Shown here piece by piece: positions 1 to 11,702 of a DNA stretch of 64,000 nucleotides (position 1 is its first letter; every line of letters starts with the position of its first letter). A program made the translations under genes and the position numbers. This DNA is from Octopus bimaculoides. Lineage: Eukaryota. The DNA lies in NCBI RefSeq assembly GCF_001194135.2, contig NC_068989.1:38626989-38690988 (forward strand). The letters run 5' to 3'. The notes under the pieces are model-generated. The model did no database searches, was not told the DNA's origin, and saw only the letters and a list, made by a program, of their open reading frames with translations.

Positions 1-270
1 ATGATGATGATGATATATATATATATATACACACATTTCTATATATAAACACACTGATAGATACGTATATGCGTCTATGTATATATGTCTAGATATGTAT
101 ATGTGTATCAAAACATGTGCAATTGAGTCATGGGTTGGACTTAAAAAGTGATATATTATTATAGAATTAAAGGTAATGCTATTGCTACTTTGGAGTAATC
201 ATTATTTTTGATATATATGTTATATGTATATATACATATGTGTATATATGCATGCATATGTATATATATT

Positions 271-655
271 CTTTTATTCTTGCATTTGCTTCAGTCATTT
301 AATTGTGGCCATGCTGGAGCACCGCCTTTAGTCGAACAAATCGACCCCAGGACTTATTCTTTGGAAGCCGAGCACTTATTTCATTGGTCTCCTTTGCCAA
401 AATGCTAGCTAATGGAGATGTAAACACAACATCATCGGTTTTCAAGCAATGGTGAGGGGGACAAACACAAACACACACACACACATATATATATACAATA
501 GGCTTCTTTCAGTTTCCGTCTACCAAATCCACTCACAAGGTTTTGGTCAGCTCGAGGCTATAATACAAGACACTTGCCCAAAGTGCTACACAGTGACACT
601 GAACCCGGAACCATGTAGTTGGTAAGCAAGCTACTGACAAGACAGCCACTCCTGC
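271..655 (-). mobile_element. tRNA-derived SINE, family A (~400 bp, internal CA/TA microsatellite)
   Basis: Reverse complement of the element at 32395-32803: head GCAGGAGTGGCTGT...GGTTCCGGGTTCAGT, body CTTGTGAGTGGATTTGGTAGACGGAAACTGAAAGAAGCC, tail CCAGCATGGCCACA...GACTGAA. About ten copies in the window. Confidence 0.9.
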
Positions 656-695
656 AGCAAATATATATCCACATATATTTATATATATGTATGTA

Positions 696-770
<75 letters not shown>

Positions 771-1399
771 NNNNNNNNNNNNNNNNNNNNNNNNNNNNNN
801 NNNNNNNNNNNNNNNNNNNNNNNNNNNNNNNNNNNNNNNNNNNNNNNNNNNNNNNNNNNNNNNNNNNNNNNNNNNNNNNNNNNNNNNNNNNNNNNNNNNN
901 NNNNNNNNNNNNNNNNNNNNNNNNNNNNNNNNNNNNNNNNNNNNNNNNNNNNNNNNNNNNNNNNNNNNNNNNNNNNNNNNNNNNNNNNNNNNNNNNNNNN
1001 NNNNNNNNNNNNNNNNNNNNNNNNNNNNNNNNNNNNNNNNNNNNNNNNNNNNNNNNNNNNNNNNNNNNNNNNNNNNNNNNNNNNNNNNNNNNNNNNNNNN
1101 NNNNNNNNNNNNNNNNNNNNNNNNNNNNNNNNNNNNNNNNNNNNNNNNNNNNNNNNNNNNNNNNNNNNNNNNNNNNNNNNNNNNNNNNNNNNNNNNNNNN
1201 NNNNNNNNNNNNNNNNNNNNNNNNNNNNNNNNNNNNNNNNNNNNNNNNNNNNNNNNNNNNACTGTCTTTTATGTTTTATTTATATTCTTATAAAATTAGT
1301 GTGTGATATAGAATATGGAATATATAATATAAATAGTAAAATGAAATGAAGTATTGAATGTCTTATTGAATAAATGAAATATTGAGTATTAAATATATA

Positions 1400-2030
1400 A
1401 AGATAAAAGTTTTTCAACCACATGTTGCCAGATGGTTACTTAGTGGTATTTGGCGGACCTCTGGGTTTTTAATCTGTTGTCGATGCACACGTGAGCGTTC
1501 CGATAGTGCATTACCTGTCTGGCCAACGTACAGTTCTTCACAATTAGGGCATTTGATGCAGTAGATTAGATTTCTACTTTTGCAGTTCATGTTCGCATTG
1601 GTGAATATTTTCCCTGTTTTCGTGTTCATATATGGGCCGGTATGAATTGATTGGCATGTACCGCATCGGCTATCATTGCATTTGGACACAGTGAATGTTT
1701 GATTTTTGTTGCTGAGGTCAAACCTTGCCTTTGTTAATAGCTTTTTCAAGTTTTTTGGTTGTCTCTCACTGAGAGTTATAGTTGATCTGTAATGATATTT
1801 CTCAGTTCCTTACTTTGTGCAAGGATTGGTAGGTTTGCTTTAGCGATATTGAAGATATTCTGGTGGCATGGATTGTGTGTCACTATAAATGGTATGATTT
1901 GTTCTTGTTTTTCTCTTCTTTGCAGTGTCTTCAGTTGTTGTATGGATATTTTCGAAGCCTGCTGAATACCATTTTCTGTAGGCAGTGACGGGTATTTTTG
2001 TTTGAGCAGAAATTCTTTCAGTTCCATCAT
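1400..2030 (-). mobile_element. Penelope-like retroelement fragment: RT C-terminal/linker plus GIY-YIG endonuclease
   Basis: ORFs 1776-2030 (FLLKQKYP...IPFIVTHNP) and 1414-1749 (CNDSRCGTC...NCKSRNLIYCIKCPNCEELYVGQTGNALSERSRVHRQQI) carry the PLE CxxxxCxxC linker and the IY-x-IxC...YVGQT GIY-YIG signature. Frameshifted and truncated. Confidence 0.9.
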
Positions 2031-2150
2031 ATATACATATACATATACATTTAATAATTAATGATATCAAGGGTAATAAGAAATATTAGAAATTTCTCCT
2101 ACCAGTGGCCTAGCATGTAAAAATTTAGTCCATAGACTATATGTTATTCA

Positions 2151-2847
2151 TATAAATACAGTGTACATTTAAGCACATAGAAGGTATCCATCATAGGATT
2201 CTTTGCACGCTAGAAAGAACAGCTAAGTTCCAAACCACTATCAGGGATAAAACTTCAAAAGGATTGAAAATAGAAACATTTACCATCTAGCTCCTGGACC
2301 AATGATTTCTGACTTATTTTAGCAAATAAAATAATTTGCCAGGCGAAGTCTTCTTCTGCAGGTACACCTAGATTAAACATATATACATGAGGAAATCCAG
2401 TACATGCCTCATGCTTATACATTCAAATCTACCCTGCAAGTGCAGCTCCTTGTTGGCGGTGATATTATTAATTATTGATAATTTTTTCTGTATAATTTTT
2501 GAATTGAAACGCTAGCATTTTTCATATACTGCTGACAAGGAACTGCACTTGTGCGGTAGATTCGAAAAATTAGAATGTATAAGCATGGGGCATATACTGG
2601 ATTACCTCGTGTATATATGTTTAATCTGGGTGTACCTGCTGAAGAAGAATTTGCCTAGCAAAGTATTTTATTTGCTAAAAGAAGTCAGAAACCATTGGTC
2701 CAGGAACTAGTTGGTAAATGTTTTTATCTTTCATTCCCTTTCAAGTTTTATCCCTAATAGTGGTTTGGAACTTAGCTGTTCTTTCTAGCATGCAAGAAAT
2801 CCTTTGATGGATACCTCTTATGTGTTTAAATGTACACTGTATTTATA
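2151..2847. mobile_element. Fold-back / MITE-like element with ~315-bp inverted arms
   Basis: 2151-2464 is the reverse complement of 2525-2847 (e.g. TATAAATACAGTGTACATTTAAG vs TTTAAATGTACACTGTATTTATA; GAACAGCTAAGTTCCAAACCACTA vs TAGTGGTTTGGAACTTAGCTGTTC). ~60-bp spacer; TA|CAGTG...CACTG|TA termini. Confidence 0.85.
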
Positions 2848-3009
2848 TATACATATATATAGACACATGTAGATATGTATACATTTATATATTCATTTTG
2901 CAAGATTCTTGATGTGAAATTGTGTGTTGAAACAGATATTGTTGTATTTGAGGATGGTCATAAACTGGCAACATGACCATCTCCAAATATAACAATGTAT
3001 ATATACATA

Positions 3010-3084
<75 letters not shown>

Positions 3085-3094
3085 AGAAATATTA

Positions 3095-3480
3095 ATAACA
3101 AGGTTATTGTATCTGAAGTCAATTACAACAGAATCAAGTTTATGTCAAGTAACTCTACTCTAAAATTTAAAATTCTATATACCAGTGTAAAATTGCTTCA
3201 GGTTCCAATGTCTTTTTTATATAGGCAGTTCCTCTTCTCAGTTATCTAAAAAAGTCTCTAATCATTACTCTACATTTAGGGATAGGAATGAACATAACAG
3301 TACAGGGCTTAGTAAACTAATTTGGTATCTAAAAGACCACAATAAACAATTTAATTTAGATTGGTTGATTCTCTCAATTTCGACCCCTTATGTTAAAGCA
3401 AGGAATTCTGTCTTCTCTGTAATTCTGAACTATTTTTTATTCTTTTTTCTAAAAATCCCCTTGTAAACACGGTTATAGAG
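3095..3480 (+). mobile_element. Degenerate PLE GIY-YIG endonuclease C-terminal remnant (second PLE lineage)
   Basis: From 3275 the translation FRDRNEHNSTGLSKLIWYLKDHNKQFNLDWLILSISTPY...[fs]CLLCNSELFFILFSKNPLVN matches the PLE pattern F..E....ST.LS.YIW.LK......I.W.I.....PY.....C.LC..EK..I.....LLN. Confidence 0.65.
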
Positions 3481-3954
3481 CATGCACACTGATGTAAACA
3501 TTGTCAGAAACACACCTTTAGTTCATATAAGTGATATCTATCATTATAAATAATTTAAACATTGATTTTCTTCTAACATTTCACATTCACTAGATATATT
3601 TTTTCCAAGACTTTAGGGTTTTATTTAATTTACATATCGTTAAATACTTCTCATTTATTTGGTTTTTTTCTTTCCTTTCTACAGGCTACCTTTGACATAT
3701 CCTCAAACGTTTTTTTTAAAAATAACTTAACAGCATTCAGTTCATCACTTTACATTTCCATCATATTCTGTTAAAATGTCATATTGATGAGTTTCATTTC
3801 TTCATTTTCCTGAAGAGAAGATTTCATTGTTTTACACTATTTTCTTCCTTTGATATCTTCAAAATGATATCTTCCAATGATATCTTCAAAATGTGTCGGA
3901 AGTAAAAGAATTTTAATAACACTTGCGTTTAACTCCATCTATTTATTTATTTAT

Positions 3955-4006
<52 letters not shown>

Positions 4007-4215
4007 ATGTATATGAGATTTATTGCTATCCAGAAGACCCAAGGTGTCTAGCTATGTACGTGCTATGGAAGGACCATATTTAAACGCTCGGTTTGATAAT
4101 TATATGAGTGAGCAGTCTAATGCAGGTCTTGTATGAGCATGTATATGTTAAATAAAATGGGACAAGAATGCCATGCCTGTTTGGAATTTTCAGTACATTT
4201 ATAAAGAGAAAGTTA

Positions 4216-4263
4216 GTCTTACAGCTGTTTCTGGGGTATTATGGTCATTCCTTCATCTGAGAC
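4216..4263 (-). ncRNA. Degenerate minimal type-I hammerhead ribozyme motif
   Basis: Minus strand reads GTCT-CAGATGA-aggaatgaccataatacccca-GAAA-CAGCTG-TA-AGAC: stem I GTCT/AGAC, palindromic stem III ACAGCTGT, GUA cleavage triplet. Core U4 is changed to A and stem II is eroded. Confidence 0.65.
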
Positions 4264-5052
4264 GATGTGGGATGGTAAAATAGAAGGAAATAGTAAAGTT
4301 CAATATAAGGAGCCCCTTTATCACGTTAGCCAGAACAATAACACCTCTCTCTATTTTTAGAGACTTGACCATTATATCTTGTTATTCTTCCCTTTCTTTT
4401 TGAGGTGTACTACTCACTTTAGTAACCCTATCTCTGTACCATTTTCTGTACCATCCCTCCACCTTAGTGCCTTTGAAACATATTATCCATCCCACTCCTC
4501 ACACATATTCATTCCTTACATTCTCATCTCTTTCTATCTCTCCCCTGCTCCTCTCCCACCCACATTTAATATCTCGACCAGCAACTAACGCTCCTTTTTT
4601 CACTTTCTCTTCTTTTTTCTTTCTTAATATCTATCTTTCTTTCTTTTCTCTTTCCTCGCCTATTTCTTTTGACCATTGTCCTCATTTTAACATACACATC
4701 TTTTCTTTCCTCTCAAACTACTTAATACTACCACTACATTCTCAGAATTACACTCACACCACAAGACTCCTTTGAATGAATAGCATATGGAATCTACATC
4801 TCCACACTTTCTATTTGTAATGACAAAATATGAATTCCTATAGCAATTTACATACCATGGGCAAGAAGCTTTTCTACCAAATCTACACACCACTTTCCTT
4901 GAATAATGGAACTCCAACTATAACATCTCACATATATTTATATTTTTACTCGTATTCTCTTATTTCCCTTTATGCTTCTTATTTCTATCCTTTTCCAAAA
5001 TAACTCCTTATATTGGACTCTACTATTTCCCTCTATTTAGCAATCTCACATC

Positions 5053-5102
5053 GTCTATGATGACAAAAAATAACCCTAATATCCCAGAAACAGCTGTAAG
5101 AC
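5053..5102 (+). ncRNA. Degenerate minimal type-I hammerhead ribozyme motif
   Basis: GTCT-ATGATGA-caaaaaataaccctaatatccca-GAAA-CAGCTG-TA-AGAC. Core C3 is changed to A; the 5' side of stem II is eroded. Confidence 0.65.
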
Positions 5103-5263
5103 TAACTTTCTCTTTAGAAATGTCCTGAAAATTCCACACAGCGTTGGCTTTGTAGTCCTATCTTATTTAACACATCCACTCACACGCACACACACATACA
5201 CACACGCACACTCATATATATACATATATACTCTATCTTCGTATTCCATTCTGAAGGTAAGCC

Positions 5264-5317
<54 letters not shown>

Positions 5318-5766
5318 AATTTAAATTATCCTTTTGATCAACAAAAAAAATTTGAACTACATCAGTTGATTATTTTTTTAGACACCCATACCTAGGAGTA
5401 GCACAGGTAATTTATACCGATAGTAAATGTGGATACTATTATCCCTTAGTTGGTTACTGCAACTTCTAAAACTCTACTTAGCTTTATACATACATATATA
5501 TATATANNNNNNNNNNNNNNNNNNNNNNNNNNNNNNNNNNNNNNNNNNNNNNNNNNNNNNNNNNNNNNNNNNNNNNNNNNNNNNNNNNNNNNNNNNNNNN
5601 NNNNNNNNNNNNNNNNNNNNNNNNNNNNNNNNNNNNNNNNNNNNNNNNNNNNNNNNNNNNNNNNNNNNNNNNNNNNNNNNNNNNNNNNNNNNNNNNNNNN
5701 NNNNNNNNNNNNNNNNNNNNNNATATATATATATATACATATTTACACACATATACAAATATACTG

Positions 5767-5815
<49 letters not shown>

Positions 5816-6745
5816 TGTATATATTTATATCTATACACACATATTTATATATATACATACACACACTCACACACACATATGTATCAGAAATAAGGATTAT
5901 TCCGAAGTAGCAATAGCATTACCTTTTAATTTTATAATTACTTACCGCCTTTTAAGAGGAACATGTGCTTCAATTGCACATGTTTCAATATACATACACA
6001 CATACTTATATATATATATATATATACTGAATAGGTATACATATGTATATATATATACATATACTTACATACATATATGTACCTATGCGTATTTGTATAT
6101 ATACATATACATACACACATATATCAGGTCTGTGAGTATTACATAAGGCTAGAAATAGCAGTGATGACCTCCCTTGCAAATGCTACAAGGATACAGACTG
6201 TGTATCGATAGCCAGCTGGAAAAGTTGTTTTCTTGGGGCTATAACAACAGTAACATTGTACTTTAGAGGGCTGCTACGTTCTGTTGGCATATAAACATTA
6301 TTATCTGGTACTGTTACTGCAGATTTCTTGCTCAGAGATTTAGAACAAGCTATATATGTCTATATATATACATATATATATATATATATGTATGCATGTA
6401 TATGCTGTTCACTTATATTGTAATGTTGTAAAGATATATGAATTTTATATCATCATTGTTATTTGAGTAGTTATGCTCATTTACCAGTTTAATTTTGAAT
6501 TAGCTTAAACGATACATTAAACAGTTTCACCTGCGTAGAAACACATCTGCAGAATTTAAGTGACTTAAGAATTTTGTTCTTGTACACAAAAATTTCTTAT
6601 TTTAAATTAAGATGTTTTTAAGAGTCAAATTTCTTCTCTTCTCTTGACATCTTGATGATACTTTTAACCAGCCTCCCTCTTTCTTTATCACATCAATTAA
6701 ATATAAATGATAAAATTCCTTTTCTTGACTGCTATATATTGAATG

Positions 6746-7128
6746 TGGAGGTGCAATGGCCCAGTGGTTAGGGCAGCGGACTCGTGGTCATAGGATCGCG
6801 GTTTCTATTCCCAGAGCGGGCGTTGTGAGTGTTTATTGAGCGAAAGTACCTAAAGCTCCACGAGGCTCCGGTAGGGGATGGTGGCGAACCCTGCTGTACT
6901 CTTTCACCACAACTTTCTCTCACTCTTACTTCCTGTTTCTGTTGTGCCTGTAATTCAAAGGGTCAGCCTTGTCACACTGTGTCACGCTGAATATCCCCGA
7001 GAACTACATTAAGGGTACACATGTCTGTGGATTGCTCAGCTACTTGCACGTTGATTTCACGAGCAGGCTGTTCCATTGATTGGATCGACTGGAACCCTCG
7101 ACGTCGTAAGCGACGGAGTGCCAACAAC
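6746..7128 (+). mobile_element. tRNA-derived SINE, family C, with 12-bp target-site duplication
   Basis: Head TGGAGGTGCAATGGCCCAGTGGTTAG (A-box) and degenerate B-box GGTTTCTATTCC. TSD ATATATTGAATG at 6734-6745 and 7129-7140. The 3' part is shared with 15213-15502. Confidence 0.9.
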
Positions 7129-7371
7129 ATATATTGAATGGTCTACTGAATTTACATTCAGCTCTCATGTTGACTGCTTACTAACTAATGTTGGTTATTT
7201 ACAATAGAGTGAATTACTATTTTCTTCTGATTATCTGGCATTCTAAAATGAATAACAGTTGTCTGTGTAATGGTTACCACATGATATAATAGTAAACACA
7301 TGTAAATATTATGTAATTTTTTATGCTATAAGAGAAAGATTAACTGATTCTCCTATTTTAGTCTCCTCTTG

Positions 7372-7461
<90 letters not shown>

Positions 7462-9863
7462 TCGTTATCACCATCATCAACATATATGTGTGTACATACG
7501 TGTTTGTGTTCCCTTCTCTTGACATTGCATGCTCATTGTAAACAGTCACCAGTGCCATACAAGTGATGTAGTTCATTTGCAATTCTCCAAGAAAACACGA
7601 CCAACTATTGTGCTGATTATATTTGAAGGAAGACAGAAAATATTATCTTACATGAAGACAAGTGAGGGTTATTGTGCATAAGGTTGTAGGTTGGAAGGTA
7701 ATGATATAAAGTATTTGACATTTATAATCACAAGGAGTCTAGTGTTGTACTTTGAATAAAACAGTGCAGGCAGATGTTGTATAGTTCTCAATTTAATTCA
7801 ACTGTCTAGCATCGTGGGCTAGTGTCCTCCACCATGTATCTTTACTTGCTTTTAAGGTTATAGAGATTTAATCTAAGGAGGGTTAGCTGCTATTTTTAAC
7901 AGGCTGAACAACCACATAGGTCCCTAATCAGGTTTGGTATATAGAACAATGTATTGTTTTCTTCAGCTATTGATATTTTGCTATAATGGATAGCCCACAA
8001 TAATAGTTAGTAAATTAAGAGCTGATGACACAAATCAGCATTGGAAAATGTAAGTAAAAGTGATGATGATGATAATGTATAAATGATGATGATGTGTGTG
8101 TATACACATATATGCATATGTCTGAATTCACAAAAGAGGAAGTACTCAGTATAGAAGTAGCCTGCAAATAACTAATGTAGGTGTAAGTTTATTACTTCTC
8201 AGTTTCATAATCATTGTTAGTAATGTAACTCAGTTTTGATGTTTAAAACATAGTATATGAGTAAACAACTATTTACACCCTTCTTCTCTATTGAGTACTT
8301 ACTTTACTTCTTTTTTTATAAATGCAAACACATTCACATTTATTTTTCATTTGCTGGGCATTACAAATCAGCAAAGACCTATTTGCATGATGAGGCAGCA
8401 TCTTGTCATATGATAAGAAATACGTACATGAAATATCTCATTGTGGAAAAAATAGAAAATATTCCACCTCATTCTCTATTCTACACAGAACTTTTTCTGT
8501 GACCCAATGACTATTTGATTAACTGAAAAGAGAAAAATATAAATTTCATAGCCACAAATATCCAGCAGAATATAAAACGTTCCAACAATTTTTGATTGTT
8601 AATATTTTTAAATTCTTTCAGCAACTTTCATGACTAAAATACATCTGAAAACATAAAAAAAAGAACCTACTCCTACTAACAGACTATTTTTTCAAATGTA
8701 GCAAAAACAAAGAAAGCAACAAATTCTAAAATGTACAATAATACCAATATTGAATCATGTACACAAATATTTCCACTTAAGATAGATGATAGAGCTGAAT
8801 GCCTGGCTAAGTGTCAACCTTATATAATCTTTAAAAACTACAGGATAACTTTTAAAATAATCCCACATAGAGACTAATCTATCCAGCAAAGATTGTAGTA
8901 GGTGAAATTAGCAAATGAATTTTAGGTTCTAGTAATACAAAAATTATATTTTACAGAACACTAATGTAACATTATAGAAATACAGCATGTTAACATTCAA
9001 TGTGGAAACAATTGCAGATTTGCTCAGTAGTGGAAGTTTTACCTGCTATGAAAGCCTTCGTTTTTGAAAGCTCTTCTGCTTTGAAGTTCCTTCTCTGACA
9101 AGAATGAAACCAGTATTAATAATGAGTACTCAGGTTAAATGCAAAGGCAGTGAGCTTTTTGATGTAACTTTGCATATTTATAGTGAAGCAAAAGTTTGAG
9201 TCATTACGATGTTATACATTAGATTTGTTCAGAAAAAGTTCTCCATTTAGAATTAAGTCTGGTTGTATCATTCTTCTTTAATAGCTCTACAGAAAATAGA
9301 TTCAGAGAAACCTTCTGAGAATTTAGTTTAAAAAAATACTGTTAATACAAATTCTGAAATTGCTAATTTACTGAATATCACTTCAATCTTAAAATCTTGC
9401 AAATATCTCCCCTACAGAAAAATACATGTACACAAATATAAATAAGAAAAGAAAATATCTGCTTAATCTCCATTTTCGTTGAAATGTCATTCCTCATATA
9501 GTGAAAATTTTCCTACATCTAATACTTTGGCACTTCCTTGGCTTACACAAATAAAAATACTTTAATATAAAAAAATACAGTAAAGGTTAATTATTAGTTG
9601 TTCTGATAATCTCATTACTTTAATATCAAAGCTCAACAGAAGAAATTATAAACACAGACTGGTCTGAAGATCCATTTCAATACAACTGTTGCATTACTAC
9701 TCCCTTTCCCTTAATGAAGAGTACAATGATAAACCAGTGGCATATTGAACCAAAATCTCTTCATTTGATGATATAGGTAGAAACTCTATTGAACTGATAG
9801 CCAATACATTTAAGATCATTTCTCTTTTCAGCATGCAGAATACAGAAACCGTCATTAGTAAAC

Positions 9864-11161
9864 TATTGGGTAATCCTATAAATAATGTGATTTTTTTTTC
9901 ATAGTTTCTTTATTTTTCAAAATTAAGGTGAACAAAGTTCTTTTTTAATCATAAATATGCTCTCCTTCATTTTCTACAATGCTCTTCCATCTGTCTGGTA
10001 GACTTGCAAGGCCCCACTTCAAAATTCACTTGTCTGAGACAAAAAATACTCCTCTAGTACTGTTCTGACCTTGTCTACAGAATTCCTATATTTTCCGTCC
10101 AAATGATTTTGAAGACTGCAGAATAAATCGTAGTTAGATGGGGCAATGTCTGGTCAATACCGTGGGTGGGGCATCGATTCCCATTCAGACTGCTCCAGCC
10201 TTTGGAATGTCAGCCACGCTGTATGTGGCTGAGCATTATCCTGATAACAGAACACCTTTCGTCTTAAAACCAAAGATGGTTGTTTTTCTTCTAGCGTTGA
10301 CTTAAGCCACTCAAGCTGCTCACAGTAGATTTCCTTTGTTATCGTTTGGTTTGGGGGGTTTAAAAGTTCAAAGTGGACTAAACCTTTCATATCCCATCAA
10401 ATAGATAACGACACATTACATAGGTGAAAACCTTCTTTAGCTTGGGGTGCCCATGCTTCTCCTTTCCCTGCTCACTGTCTTTGGAACTTGCCATTTTTAT
10501 AGAGAACCCATTTCTTGTCACCAGTCACTATTTGGTCCAAAGAAGGTTCTTTCGTGAGACGTGACAGCAAAGAAGAGCACACATTCACTCTCTGTCCACG
10601 ATTAGACTCGAAAAGTTTGAGGAACCGTTGACCTAATTTGATGACATTTCCAATGACACACAGGTGTCGATGAATGGTTGAATGACCAAATCCAAGCTTC
10701 TCTGCTAGTTCCTCAACAGTTATAATGGAATTTCTTTCCACCAGTGTTTCCAGGATGATTTTGTCGATCTCTACAGATCTTCTAGGACAAGGTTTATCTT
10801 TTAGTCTGTAGTTTCTCGCTTGGAATTTCTGGAACCACTGTTGACACTGACTTATGCTTATTGTCTGATCTCCATCCCTGTACTGCATTAATATTCCTCA
10901 CACTTTCTGTTGCATTATTACCTTTATTGAACTCATAAAGCAAAATATGCTGAATATGTTCCTTTGTCACTTCCATTGTAGCTTTGAAAAAATAACTATT
11001 AAAATCGAACTGCAGGCTTCAAAACTTGCACTAAGGATAAGGACAAGATAAAATTACTACCTGCTTTTATAGCAAGTTGATGCAGGTAGTTTATCCCATC
11101 CCCCTCTGATTTTTAGTTCATGCAATTGAAAAAACTGCATTATTTATGGGAAGATCCAATA
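9864..11161 (-). mobile_element. Mariner (Hsmar1/SETMAR-like) DNA transposon, near full length, inactivated
   Basis: Diverged ~30-bp TIRs with TA (TATTGGGTAATCCTATAAATAATG / CATTATTTATGGGAAGATCCAATA). Fragmented transposase: MEVTKEHIQHILLYEFNKGNNATES, IVTGDKKWVLY, KGLVHFELL, QDNAQPHTA, MPHPRY. Confidence 0.92.
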
Positions 11162-11652
11162 TATGTGGAACCTTGTGGAATATAAACTCGCAAACATGAA
11201 AATATATTAGCCCAGCAAAGACCTTAGAGATCCTAACAATGCATTATACTTAAATACTATAGCAAATATAAACTTGTCTTTAAGTCTTGATACAAAATCA
11301 GCACCTCTTGGCACAATTCCAATGATATACAGGCTAAAGTTTTGGATCTGTTAACATTGATCAACAAAAATAAAATATTTTTGCACAAAGCATTTTAAAT
11401 AAAAATTTTACAAAAATCATATCATAAAACATTAACTTTGTTAAAAACACTTCCAGTTCTATAATAATATTGTTTACATCAACTAATGTTTTTCTTTCAT
11501 TAGTTTTTATTTACTTTTATATTTTTAGTGTTCTTTTTTATGTTCTTCAATATTTATTCTTCCACCTACACACACACACACACACATACACACACACGCA
11601 CACACACTATGGTAAATATAAACTTGTTTTTAAGTCTTAATACAAAATCACA

Positions 11653-11702
<50 letters not shown>

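Larger units (their letters stand above)
4144..5175. mobile_element. Non-autonomous PLE-like element bounded by inverted pseudo-LTRs, each with a hammerhead motif
   Basis: 4144-4312 is the reverse complement of 5004-5175 (AAAGAGAAAGTTAGTCTTACAGCTGTTTCTGGG vs CCCAGAAACAGCTGTAAGACTAACTTTCTCTTT). The interior is pyrimidine-rich with only weak endonuclease-tail resemblance near 4760-4905. Confidence 0.75.

Noticed and set aside
619-1349. Long ORFs rich in YI/CV/HT/LS/ER/X (also near 5427, 18512, 35042, 44642, 47134, 57200, 61483)
   Set aside because: They are translations of microsatellites and N-gaps, not proteins.
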